From Eubacteriales bacterium (GTDB lineage: Bacteria; Bacillota; Clostridia; Saccharofermentanales; UBA5734): a stretch of 64,000 bases of DNA. The notes under the pieces were generated by a model. It saw nothing but the letters and a program-made list of their open reading frames with translations. It was not told the DNA's origin and made no database searches. The translations under genes were made by a program, and so were the position numbers. Location of the stretch: assembly GCA_028685755.1 (NCBI GenBank), contig JAQUDJ010000003.1, positions 60,525 through 124,524 on the forward strand, given 5' to 3'. Shown here piece by piece: positions 36,802 through 45,642 of the stretch (its first letter is position 1; each line of letters begins with the position of its first letter).

Positions 36802-37736
36802 GGTTTTGCCTCCGTAAGTGTTGTGTATTTTCGCCAGGCCATTGAAACGGCGCCAAGGACACCAGCCTGTACAGATTCAGCTGAATAGAAAATTTGCAGA
36901 TTTTGTGAAGGGAAAGGTTTTCGACAATGAAAACGAATCCGCTCGTCCAAAAGGTCTTTAGGAAAATCCTGCATGGTCAAAACACCACCGCCAATGATTA
37001 CAAATCCAGGGTTCAAAATATTTACTTCGGTTGCAATCACGCAAGCAATTTCATCAACGTAATCGATGATGACCGGTGATTCGCGATGCAAGGTGAAGAT
37101 GGCTTGGATTTCAGTTTGCGGAAAATACTGCTGATTTATGGTTGTGAGGCGGCGCCCAGAGGCATAACATTCAGCGCAACCGAGATTGCCACAACCACAA
37201 ATTTCAGTACTTCCAGCCCGCGGAATATGACCAATTTCGCCAGCGCAGCCATCGTAACCGACAAGTGGCAGGCCATCAATAAAAATTGCATTGCCAATTC
37301 CGGTACCAAAATAAATTCCAACACAGGCGCCAATCATGTCGAGTTGTCGACTTTGACTATCCCAGTCAAAGATGAGATTGACATCCCTTTCGAGAAAAAC
37401 CGGAATATTTAAATTGCTTTCGAGTATATCTGCCATTGGAATATTATCCATGTCGAGAATATTCGGTGTCTGGAGAATAGTCCGGCGATCAGCACTCAAT
37501 GTCGAAGGAAAACCAATCGCAATCGCCACCGTTTGGTGGGCCAGTTGATGTCGATTGATATAATTTTGAATAAAAATGGCCAAACAAAGCCCAACGTCTG
37601 GTGAGATCAGCACGTCCGCGCGCGCGGTTTTTTCGAAAAACGTCAGTTTTTGTCCGAATGCTTGGGTGCCAATCCGGATATTTGTACCACCGACATCAAG
37701 TCCAATAACGACGGATTGATTGAAAGAATTATTCAT
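36795..37736 (-). CDS. ROK-family sugar kinase
   Basis: LDVGGTNIR ATP motif and CGCGNLGCAECYASG zinc motif. Confidence 0.85.
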   Translation of the reverse strand: MNNSFNQSVVIGLDVGGTNIRIGTQAFGQKLTFFEKTARADVLISPDVGLCLAIFIQNYINRHQLAHQTVAIAIGFPSTLSADRRTILQTPNILDMDNIPMADILESNLNIPVFLERDVNLIFDWDSQSRQLDMIGACVGIYFGTGIGNAIFIDGLPLVGYDGCAGEIGHIPRAGSTEICGCGNLGCAECYASGRRLTTINQQYFPQTEIQAIFTLHRESPVIIDYVDEIACVIATEVNILNPGFVIIGGGVLTMQDFPKDLLDERIRFHCRKPFPSQNLQIFYSAESVQAGVLGAVSMAWRKYTTLTEAKPC

Positions 37737-37747
37737 TTGGGCCCCCT

Positions 37748-38764
37748 TCAGACTTGTTGGCGGGTCGATTTTCGAACCACCAAACTGACGGGAACTACGA
37801 CATGCTGCGATTCAAGCTTTTCGCCATTGATCATTTTGATAAGGGATTCAACCGCCGCACCTGACAGGGCCCCGATATCCTGACGAATTGTCGTCAAGGG
37901 CGGTTGAAAATAAGCAGCTAGGGGTGCATCGTCAAAGCCGGTTACTGAAACCTGTTCTGGAATAGTGATATTTAATTCGTGCAATCCAGTGATTACGCCC
38001 AGTGCGATGGTATCTGTCATGCATAAAACACCGTCTAAATTCGGTATGCTCGGGAAAATTCGAAGCATTTCATCGCGAGCCTGCAAAATGGATACCTCAT
38101 GTAAATCAAAGGTCATGGCTTCATCACATGACAAGCCAGATTCAGCGAGTGCCTCCTGATAACCTATAAAACGTGCCTGTTGGTTCGTGTCCATGTCCCG
38201 TGAACAAAAGACCGCAATGTTGCGACATCCGCTTTCAATTAATTTTTGAGTTGCGAGATAGCCACCCGTGCGATTGTCTGATTCGATTAATACACGATCC
38301 GATGGTTCACAATAACTAGCAGGTCTTCGATCAAGATAAACTGCAGGAATATCTTGTGTGACCTTACATGTTTTTGTCCCTGAAATGAAGATTACACCAC
38401 TGACTTGTTGCGCGATCAAAGTATCAATATGTTTCTTTTCGAGCTCAATTGATTCATTCGTATTGCATATAACCGTCGAATAGCCATGGGCGAAGAGCTT
38501 CTTCTCAAGCTCAAGTACGAGACCAGCAAAGTGAGAGTTAAGAATGTCTGGGACAATGATTCCGATAACATGGTTTTTGGAAGTTCGCAAACTTTTTGCG
38601 ACAAAATTAGGGACATAGCCGGATTCTTCAATAACACGTCGGACACGCGCTTCCGTTTCACTCGAAAAACGGCCGTTCTGGTTGATTACCCGCGAGACCG
38701 TGGCTACGGATACACCAGACAGCTCAGCGATCTGTTTAATGTTCAAGGCATCATATTTTGACAT
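37748..38764 (-). CDS. LacI-family transcriptional regulator
   Basis: N-terminal HTH IKQIAELSGVSVATVSRVIN plus a periplasmic-binding-protein-like core. Confidence 0.9.
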   Translation of the reverse strand: MSKYDALNIKQIAELSGVSVATVSRVINQNGRFSSETEARVRRVIEESGYVPNFVAKSLRTSKNHVIGIIVPDILNSHFAGLVLELEKKLFAHGYSTVICNTNESIELEKKHIDTLIAQQVSGVIFISGTKTCKVTQDIPAVYLDRRPASYCEPSDRVLIESDNRTGGYLATQKLIESGCRNIAVFCSRDMDTNQQARFIGYQEALAESGLSCDEAMTFDLHEVSILQARDEMLRIFPSIPNLDGVLCMTDTIALGVITGLHELNITIPEQVSVTGFDDAPLAAYFQPPLTTIRQDIGALSGAAVESLIKMINGEKLESQHVVVPVSLVVRKSTRQQV

Positions 38765-38778
38765 GACATCACCTTCCG

Positions 38779-38794
38779 GAGTAAACGATTACTC
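38779..38794. promoter_or_regulatory. LacI-family/cre-like operator
   Basis: GAGTAA-ACGA-TTACTC inverted repeat with a central CG, 15 nt upstream of the LacI start codon. Confidence 0.5.
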
Positions 38795-38912
38795 AAATCG
38801 TATTCCTTAATCACATTTTTGTCAAACGAGCAGAATGTGTTAAATTAAAAACATCTCGCTCACTTATGTCATTAATAAATCAATCGACTGTTCACAACTA
38901 GAAAGGATTTTC

Positions 38913-40169
38913 ATGAAAAAGAAAATTCCTTTGTCCAAGTTTGACATGGCGAAGTTGCCGGTTCGGACGCGGTGGTATTTGCGTCCATTGACGTGGCTAC
39001 TGAGTTTTCCGGAGGTTTGGGCGCGGCGCTTGACGATCAATCATCAAGGCGTAGCGCTTCTTAAACCACCATATCTGCTTCTTTGCACGCATATGTCCTT
39101 TGTTGATTTCAAAGTCACAACCGCGGCGATTTTTCCACATCCGGCCAATTATGTTGTTGCGATTGATGGCTTCATCGGCAGAGAATGGCTCCTGCGCAAT
39201 GCAGGAGGGATTTTGAAGCGCAAATTTACGCATGATCTGACAATGATCAAGCATATCAAGCGGGTCACGGACCAGGGCGGGATTGTCGCACTTTATCCGG
39301 AAGCGCGTTACTCACTGATCGGAACGACTGCAGTCTTGCCCGATTCGCTAGGTAAAATTGTCCGACTTCTGGGTGTGCCAGTAGTCACCTTGCGGATGCA
39401 TGGTGACTACCTGATTTCGCCATGCTGGAATTTAGCCAAACGTAACGTGCCGCTGACAGCTGACTTGACACAGATCATTTCGGCTTCAGAAGCGAAGTCG
39501 TTAGCACTCGACGAAATGAACGAGCGCATTCGCAAATCTTTCGATTATGATGAATACCGCTGGCAACAAGAACAGCGGATTCGAATCGATTATGCCAATA
39601 ATGCACAAGGGCTGCATAAGGTGTTATACCAGTGCCCATCTTGCAAGATGGAGCAGACGATGGATTCTGCTGGGAACAGCCTGTGGTGTACGCATTGCGG
39701 TAAGCAATGGACGCTTTCGCCGTATGGTGAATTGGCTGCAGTTGCAGGTGAAACGGAATTTAGTCATCCGCCTGATTGGTATGAATTCCAACGTCGTGAA
39801 GTGCGCCGGCAAATTGAATTGGGTCAATACGAAATTTCCGACGAGGTGGATATCGATATACTGCCAAATGCCCGTGGCTATGTAAATCTTGGCCGTGGCA
39901 AATTGACCCACAATCTGAGTGGATTTACCCTCGAAGCGAACTTTGAAGATGGACCACTCAACCTGCAAAAATCGCCAGCAAGCATGTATTCCTGCCATAT
40001 TGAATATAACTATGATCGCCGTGGTGATTGCATCGATCTCTCGACACTCAGTGACACGTACTATATTTATCCCTTAAATCAACGCAATTGCGTGACCAAA
40101 ATTGCCCTTGCGACCGAAGAATTGTTTGCTTATCTAGTGCCAGGTATCAAGAAGGAGGCTAAACCATGA
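38913..40169 (+). CDS. lysophospholipid acyltransferase (PlsC/LPLAT) family protein with zinc-ribbon-containing C-terminal extension
   Basis: HMSFVD (HX4D) and YPEARYS motifs. CPSCK...CTHCG ribbon. Confidence 0.7.
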   Translation: MKKKIPLSKFDMAKLPVRTRWYLRPLTWLLSFPEVWARRLTINHQGVALLKPPYLLLCTHMSFVDFKVTTAAIFPHPANYVVAIDGFIGREWLLRNAGGILKRKFTHDLTMIKHIKRVTDQGGIVALYPEARYSLIGTTAVLPDSLGKIVRLLGVPVVTLRMHGDYLISPCWNLAKRNVPLTADLTQIISASEAKSLALDEMNERIRKSFDYDEYRWQQEQRIRIDYANNAQGLHKVLYQCPSCKMEQTMDSAGNSLWCTHCGKQWTLSPYGELAAVAGETEFSHPPDWYEFQRREVRRQIELGQYEISDEVDIDILPNARGYVNLGRGKLTHNLSGFTLEANFEDGPLNLQKSPASMYSCHIEYNYDRRGDCIDLSTLSDTYYIYPLNQRNCVTKIALATEELFAYLVPGIKKEAKP

Positions 40170-41071
40170 AAACCGAGAAAATTAAAATCTGGGGCGATCA
40201 AGATGAAGCTTATTTACAAGCCTATTTGCTGCATGATTCAAAAGAGTTCAATCAGCAAAAAAAGCGTCCTGCCGTGATCATCTGTCCCGGTGGCGCCTAC
40301 CTAGGTACATCAGATCGCGAAGCTGAGCCAGTTGCCCTGCGCTTTGCCGCGCAAGGGTATCAAACCTTTGTCCTGCGTTATCGCACCTATTTCACGGAAT
40401 TCAGCTCGAATTTTAATCCCAAGAATGAGATACCGGTCAACCCGCGTTCACTTTGGCCGAATCCTCTCTATGATTTAGCCAAGTCAATCAGCTTGATACG
40501 GCAACACGCCAATGAGTGGTTAGTCGATACCGATCATATTGCGATCTGTGGCTTTTCAGCCGGAGGCAATCTCGTTGGTCACTTAGCAACTCATTGGCAT
40601 GATCCGGAACTTGCTGCTCAAATCGGAGTTGAAAGCAACATGCTTAAGCCCAACGCGGTCATCATGGGCTATCCAGTGCTCGATTATTTCACCATGGTTC
40701 AAATCAATGCAGAGCGAAATATTCCGCTAAACAATCAAATTTGGCGGCTATCCAATACCGCCGTGTTTGGCGTTGCGGAGTTGTCAGCCGAACAATTAAA
40801 CACGATCAGCCCAATTACAGCCGTATCGCAGCAAACGGCCCCGTGCTTTATTTGGCATACCGCAAGCGATGAGCTGGTCTACGTTGAAAACTCGCTCACT
40901 TTCGCGATGGCCCTATCCAAGCATAAGATTCCATACGCCATGCATATTTTCGAGTCTGGTCCACATGGCCTATCACTTGCCGATGATACATCAGCTGATA
41001 GTCCGGAATTGATCAACCCAGATGCGGCAGTTTGGTTTGACCTTGTTCTCACCTGGCTCAAAAAACACTAG
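40166..41071 (+). CDS. alpha/beta-hydrolase fold esterase
   Basis: GFSAGGNL nucleophile elbow and CPGGAY oxyanion region. Overlaps the upstream gene by 4 nt. Confidence 0.8.
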   Translation: MKTEKIKIWGDQDEAYLQAYLLHDSKEFNQQKKRPAVIICPGGAYLGTSDREAEPVALRFAAQGYQTFVLRYRTYFTEFSSNFNPKNEIPVNPRSLWPNPLYDLAKSISLIRQHANEWLVDTDHIAICGFSAGGNLVGHLATHWHDPELAAQIGVESNMLKPNAVIMGYPVLDYFTMVQINAERNIPLNNQIWRLSNTAVFGVAELSAEQLNTISPITAVSQQTAPCFIWHTASDELVYVENSLTFAMALSKHKIPYAMHIFESGPHGLSLADDTSADSPELINPDAAVWFDLVLTWLKKH

Positions 41072-41127
41072 CCTAATTCGCAGTTTGGCGCCAGATGCCA
41101 CGGCGTTGTCTGGCACCAAAAAATTGT

Positions 41128-41973
41128 TTATCGTCTCAGACTAGTGAGATATTCGACTATTTTCGGATCGGTGTGTGAGAAGAAGAGGCTTTCGCCTAGA
41201 TCGAGGGTCGCAATTTTTGCCAAATCATCGGGTGAGAGTTGAAAGTCAAAGACATCGATGTTTTGTTGCATGCGGGTTTTAGAGACTGTTTTTGGCAAGA
41301 CGGAAATGCCTTTTTCGATGAGATAACGCAAGGCGACTTGTGCAGTTGACTTATTGTACTTATGACCGATTGCCTGCAAGATTTCATTGGTAAAAAGATC
41401 GTGTTTGCCTTCGGCAAAAGGTGCCCAGGCTTGCATGTGGACGGAATATTTATCCATGATTTCGTGTGCGTTATCTTGCTGATGGAATACATGAGCTTCA
41501 ACTTGATTGACCGCTGGAACAACATTGTTGTATTTAATCAGATCAATCAAACGATCTGAATAAAAATTACTGACGCCGATCGCTTTTAATTTTCCTGCTT
41601 GGTAAAATGCTTCCATCGCGCGATAGGTACCGTAATAATCGTTAAAGGGCTGATGAATCAGAATGAGATCGAGATAATCCAGTTGCATTTTTCGCAGGGA
41701 TTCTTCGATCGATTGTTTGGCGTGATCGTAACCAGCATTTGAAATCCAAATTTTTGTCGTGATAAAGAGTTCTTCACGTGGTACGCCGCACTTCTTGATC
41801 GCAAGACCGACTGCCTCTTCGTTGCCATAGCCTTGAGCAGTGTCAATCAAACGATAACCGACCTCAATCGCATCGAGTACGCATCGTTCGCATTCTGCTG
41901 GGTCAGCAATTTGGAAGACCCCGTAACCGAGAATTGGCATTTTGATGCCATTGTTCAATTCAATATACTGCAT
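41128..41973 (-). CDS. aldo/keto reductase
   Basis: GGAGG precedes ATG 41973 (MQYIELNNGIKMPILGYGVFQ). DTAQGYGNEE and LPKTVS motifs. Confidence 0.9.
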   Translation of the reverse strand: MQYIELNNGIKMPILGYGVFQIADPAECERCVLDAIEVGYRLIDTAQGYGNEEAVGLAIKKCGVPREELFITTKIWISNAGYDHAKQSIEESLRKMQLDYLDLILIHQPFNDYYGTYRAMEAFYQAGKLKAIGVSNFYSDRLIDLIKYNNVVPAVNQVEAHVFHQQDNAHEIMDKYSVHMQAWAPFAEGKHDLFTNEILQAIGHKYNKSTAQVALRYLIEKGISVLPKTVSKTRMQQNIDVFDFQLSPDDLAKIATLDLGESLFFSHTDPKIVEYLTSLRR

Positions 41974-42044
41974 GATATTTCCTCCTGTTTTAAGCTGGTG
42001 TATGGCACCAGTTTTCCACCTTATCGTATGAAATTGGTCATGAC

Positions 42045-42638
42045 TCAAGGCTCTTTTTCTGGCAAGCCATAGGTCGCTTGACCTAATGCGATGCTTTTGA
42101 TGAGGAAGGCCATGTTTCGACCGAGTGTTCGCATGATTTGCATGCCTTCAAGATCGGATTTGACTTCCTCGGGCGAATTGCCGTGGACACTGTTCCAATA
42201 TTGGCTCGCCGCCACTGGCATGCAAGAAATCGTGAAATATTTGTTGAGCTCATCAAACGTTGCTGATGCACCACCGCGACGGGCGGAGATGACCGAGGCC
42301 CCAACTTTCATAGTTTTGTCCCACGGTACGCTATAGAACAATCGGTCGATAAAAGAAACGAGCGTACCATTTGCCGAAGCGAAATACACTGGCGAGCCAA
42401 TAATGATGCCGTCAGCTTTCTCAAATTTGGGGGCGACATCATTGACAATGTCATTAAATACGCATTGACCAGTTTGCTTGCATTTCCGACAGCCGATGCA
42501 ACCGCGAATATCTTTGTGACCGATGTGAATAATTTCAATCTCAATGTCCGATGACTGTAGAACCTGTGCAACTTCGTTTAACGCTGTAAAAGTACAACCA
42601 TGAGCATTTGGACTTCCGTTAATTAACAATACGTTCAT
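42045..42638 (-). CDS. flavodoxin-like FMN reductase, iron-sulfur flavoprotein (Isf) type
   Basis: LLINGSPN start and compact Cys motif CIGCRKCKQTGQC. Confidence 0.8.
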   Translation of the reverse strand: MNVLLINGSPNAHGCTFTALNEVAQVLQSSDIEIEIIHIGHKDIRGCIGCRKCKQTGQCVFNDIVNDVAPKFEKADGIIIGSPVYFASANGTLVSFIDRLFYSVPWDKTMKVGASVISARRGGASATFDELNKYFTISCMPVAASQYWNSVHGNSPEEVKSDLEGMQIMRTLGRNMAFLIKSIALGQATYGLPEKEP

Positions 42639-42713
42639 TTGACCGTCCTACTTTGGTACCTGACACCAATTCCTTGTTCCCTTGTGTTCGCGTTTTATAT
42701 CTATTACAATTCT

Positions 42714-42744
42714 ATCGTAAACCCCTGTAGTAACTACAGGGCAA
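42714..42744 (-). promoter_or_regulatory. MerR-type promoter with 19-bp spacer carrying a perfect 9-1-9 palindrome (42723-42741)
   Basis: On the minus strand: TTGCCC, 19 bp, TACGAT. The palindrome is CCCTGTAGT-A-ACTACAGGG. Confidence 0.55.
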
Positions 42745-42772
42745 TAGCATTCATCAATAAAGGAGCAATTTC

Positions 42773-43171
42773 ATGTTGAAGATGAAGCAAGTTTGTGACG
42801 ATCTAGATATTCCTTATGAGACGTTGCGCTTTTATTGTAATGAAGGGCTGGTACCCCATGTCAAAAGGGATGAAAATAATCATCGTTTATTCGATCAGCG
42901 CGACGTTGACTGGCTCAAGGGTGTTCAATGTCTTAGGGCTTGTGGCCTGAGTATTGGGGAACTCAAAGAATATCTCGACCTTTGCTTAGAAGGTCCTACA
43001 TCTATACTGCAACGAAAAGCAATGCTTGCCGATAAAAAAATGCTCCTACTAAAAGAAATCGAAAGCATTCATGAGAGCATGTCTTATATTGACAACAAAC
43101 AGGCATATTATGACCAAATTCTTGCAGGTGAAATCAGTTACTCGAGCAACTTAATTGTCATAGACAAGTAA
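42773..43171 (+). CDS. MerR-family regulator of the NmlR/AdhR subgroup
   Basis: HTH MKQVCDDLDIPYETLRFYCNEGLV. A Cys in VQCLRACGLSIGEL aligns with the sensing Cys of AdhR-type regulators (from memory of that family). Confidence 0.85.
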   Translation: MLKMKQVCDDLDIPYETLRFYCNEGLVPHVKRDENNHRLFDQRDVDWLKGVQCLRACGLSIGELKEYLDLCLEGPTSILQRKAMLADKKMLLLKEIESIHESMSYIDNKQAYYDQILAGEISYSSNLIVIDK

Positions 43172-43206
43172 TGTAACGCGTTACAAACAACGCGCAACTA
43201 TTGCGC

Positions 43207-43707
43207 TTACATGCCAAGGATTGCTGAGAAAAAAACCGACAGAATTGTTAGAATAATCGCTGATAAAACGCCTCCTGCAGCGACCGACAGAAACGAGGGC
43301 CAGAATCGAAAACCCAATACGGTTGCGACCATGCTGCCTGTCCAGAGTCCCGTACCAGGCAACGGGATGGCCACAAAAATAATTAAAGCTAACTCAGTGG
43401 ACTTTTTGAAATGCTGCGCTTTATCTTGAATTTTGTTTTCGATAAAGGAATTAAGCTTAGCCAATTTGGCAATTTTTTTCATACCTTTAAAAAAGCCTTC
43501 AAAAAACAACAAGATAAACGGAACGGGAAGTAAAGATCCCAAAAATCCAAGGACCATGACAAGCCAAGGGTCCATTCCCCAGGCCAATATGCCGAGGGGA
43601 ATGGTCGCACGCATTTCTGTGATGGGTATTGCAGAACCGATTAACAAAATCAATTCATAATTGCTATGTAGGGTATTTTCGAGAAATTGGATGATTGTAT
43701 CCGCCAT
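43207..43707 (-). CDS. small multidrug-export-like membrane protein (COG2426-type)
   Basis: Four to five TM segments and an EMRATIPLG motif. Confidence 0.6.
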   Translation of the reverse strand: MADTIIQFLENTLHSNYELILLIGSAIPITEMRATIPLGILAWGMDPWLVMVLGFLGSLLPVPFILLFFEGFFKGMKKIAKLAKLNSFIENKIQDKAQHFKKSTELALIIFVAIPLPGTGLWTGSMVATVLGFRFWPSFLSVAAGGVLSAIILTILSVFFSAILGM

Positions 43708-43825
43708 GTCGTGATCCTCTTGCTGATCCCCATTGGGTCGTTTAGTCGGTGGTGCACATTCACATGTGTTGAATGTCTATTTTACCTTATCTTTCATCGA
43801 CCGACCAGTCGCTCAGGCTGTTCGG

Positions 43826-43854
43826 TTGCAATCTAACTTTTAGGTGTGATAAAT
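43826..43854 (+). promoter_or_regulatory. candidate promoter of the cbiM leader
   Basis: TTGCAA (43826-43831), then 16-17 bp, then TG-n-GATAAAT. Confidence 0.35.
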
Positions 43855-43916
43855 TGGGTGCTAATAAAACCACGAAGGTTTTAATCCATAGTTGACCCTT
43901 AAAATCAAACTTTTAG

Positions 43917-43970
43917 ATGACCCACGAAGGGCGTAGCGTTTAACTACCCTTTCGAGGGTCATTTTATTTT
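43917..43970 (+). terminator. intrinsic terminator-like hairpin inside the 5' leader of cbiM (attenuator/riboswitch expression platform, or the end of a small RNA)
   Basis: ATGACCC-A-CGAAGGG ... CCC(T)TTCG-A-GGGTCAT, about 14 bp, followed by TTTATTTT. The SD AAGGAG starts at 43971. Confidence 0.6.
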
Positions 43971-43985
43971 AAGGAGATCCTTTTT

Positions 43986-45026
43986 ATGCATATGGCTGAT
44001 GCCTTGATTTCACCGCTCGTTGGCGGGACAATGCTCGCAGCGACTGTGGGTATCGCATCCTTTTCCGTAAAAAAATTGCAAAACGAACTCGATGACAAAA
44101 AAGTGCCCTTAATGGGTGTGATGGGTGCGTTTATTTTTGCAACCCAGATGATCAATTTCACAATTCCTGTGACCGGTTCGAGCGGACATCTTGGCGGCGG
44201 TCTGCTGCTCGCGATCTTGCTCGGTCCGTATGCTGGATTTTTAACAATGGCCTCCGTTCTACTGATTCAAGCGCTGTTTTTTGGCGATGGAGGACTCTTA
44301 GCATACGGCGCAAATGTCTTTAATTTAGGCTTTTACACGAGTTTTATCGTTTATCCCCTTATTTATCGGAGCATGACCCGCAAGGGGTTAACAACGAAAC
44401 GAATTTTTTTCGCATCGCTGACAGCTGCGATCATGGGTTTGCAGCTCGGCGCGTTGAGTGTTGTTTTTGAAACACTCTTTTCTGGCAAGACAGAATTGCC
44501 GTTCATCCCCTTTCTTTTGCTCATGCAACCGATCCATTTAGCGATCGGTGTCGTTGAAGGACTCGTCACATCAGCCGTCGTTACCTACGTCTGGAAAGTC
44601 CAGCCGGATATTGTTTTACGGCCAATGAGCGCCCCAATTATCGATGTCCATAAATTCAAAAAGCTACTGATTGCAATTTTGATTGTCACAACAATTTTGG
44701 CGGTTGGCTTGTCGTGGTTTGCTTCTACCGATCCAGACGGACTCGAATGGGCAATTGAGAAAACGACCGGCTCTTCAGGGCTTTCTATTGCGAATCGACT
44801 ACATCTTATGCTCGCAACGGTACAGGAAAAAACGACATTTCTACCGGATTATAGCTTTAAGTCCGCGCCAGATGAATTAAACAGAGTGAGTGAAGAAAGC
44901 TGGCCAGCAGTCAATCTTGGTACAAGCGTATCAGGTCTCGTTGGTGGCGCGCTAACCTTAGCGTTAGTCATCATCACCGGTGTGGTGATTTCTTGGCTTA
45001 AAAGGCGAAAAAGGTCCGTCAAATAG
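43986..45026 (+). CDS. CbiM/NikM-type ECF substrate-capture protein fused to a PDGLE (CbiN/NikL-like) domain
   Basis: MHMADALISP N-terminus typical of CbiM/NikM. PDGLEWA motif in the C-terminal part. Final TM helix. Confidence 0.75.
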   Translation: MHMADALISPLVGGTMLAATVGIASFSVKKLQNELDDKKVPLMGVMGAFIFATQMINFTIPVTGSSGHLGGGLLLAILLGPYAGFLTMASVLLIQALFFGDGGLLAYGANVFNLGFYTSFIVYPLIYRSMTRKGLTTKRIFFASLTAAIMGLQLGALSVVFETLFSGKTELPFIPFLLLMQPIHLAIGVVEGLVTSAVVTYVWKVQPDIVLRPMSAPIIDVHKFKKLLIAILIVTTILAVGLSWFASTDPDGLEWAIEKTTGSSGLSIANRLHLMLATVQEKTTFLPDYSFKSAPDELNRVSEESWPAVNLGTSVSGLVGGALTLALVIITGVVISWLKRRKRSVK

Positions 45027-45133
45027 AACATTCCTGTCGACAAAATGATGCTCGAACCGCATCGCGTGAGTTATCGCATGCAAACGCAAGCATTTGTTAT
45101 ACTAAAGAAAAAACGATGCAGGGCAGGCAAAAG

Positions 45134-45529
45134 ATGTATATAGCAGTTGTTGACGGCCAAGGTGGCGGAATGGGCAAATCGATTGTCGAAAAATTACGAC
45201 AGGTTTACGGTGCTGATATCCACATCTTAGCGCTCGGCACCAACTCACTGGCAACTGCGGCAATGATCAAGGCTGGTGCAAATCAAGGCGCTACTGGTGA
45301 ATCTGCGATCGTACACAATGCGTATCAAGTTGATGTCATTATGGGGCCGATCGGTATTGTATGTGCATATGCTTTCCTCGGCGAACTCTCGCCTGCAATG
45401 GCCAAAGCGATTGCTGAAAGTAAAGCGCGCAAGATTCTTATTCCCTTAGATCGCTGTAATGTTCAAGTGGCAGGAATAAAAAGCAAACCACTCCCGCAAT
45501 TGATTGATGACGCTGTTGCGATGATTTGA
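45134..45529 (+). CDS. DUF3842-like small protein
   Basis: MYIAVVDGQGGGMGKSIVEKLR start pattern. Start is 45116 or 45134. Confidence 0.5.
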   Translation: MYIAVVDGQGGGMGKSIVEKLRQVYGADIHILALGTNSLATAAMIKAGANQGATGESAIVHNAYQVDVIMGPIGIVCAYAFLGELSPAMAKAIAESKARKILIPLDRCNVQVAGIKSKPLPQLIDDAVAMI

Positions 45530-45551
45530 TAGAAATAACCTGCTATGAGGG

Positions 45552-45580
45552 TTGACGCGGCATCTTGATTCAACTAGTAT
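45552..45580 (+). promoter_or_regulatory. sigma-A promoter of feoA
   Basis: TTGACG (45552-45557), 17 bp, TAGTAT (45575-45580). Confidence 0.55.
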
Positions 45581-45592
45581 GTAACTAGTCAA

Positions 45593-45607
45593 TGATAATT
45601 ATTATCA
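45593..45607. promoter_or_regulatory. Fur box (perfect 7-1-7)
   Basis: TGATAAT-T-ATTATCA sits just downstream of the -10 element. Confidence 0.8.
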
Positions 45608-45642
45608 ATCATACAAGCTAAATGATAATAACAAGGAGATAT

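Noticed and set aside
41087-41117. 9-bp-stem hairpin between the convergent esterase and aldo-keto reductase genes, considered as a bidirectional terminator.
   Set aside because: The flanking A/T runs are on the wrong sides: an A-run lies 3' of the hairpin on the plus strand and there is no T-run 3' on the minus strand. An intrinsic terminator call is therefore not supported.
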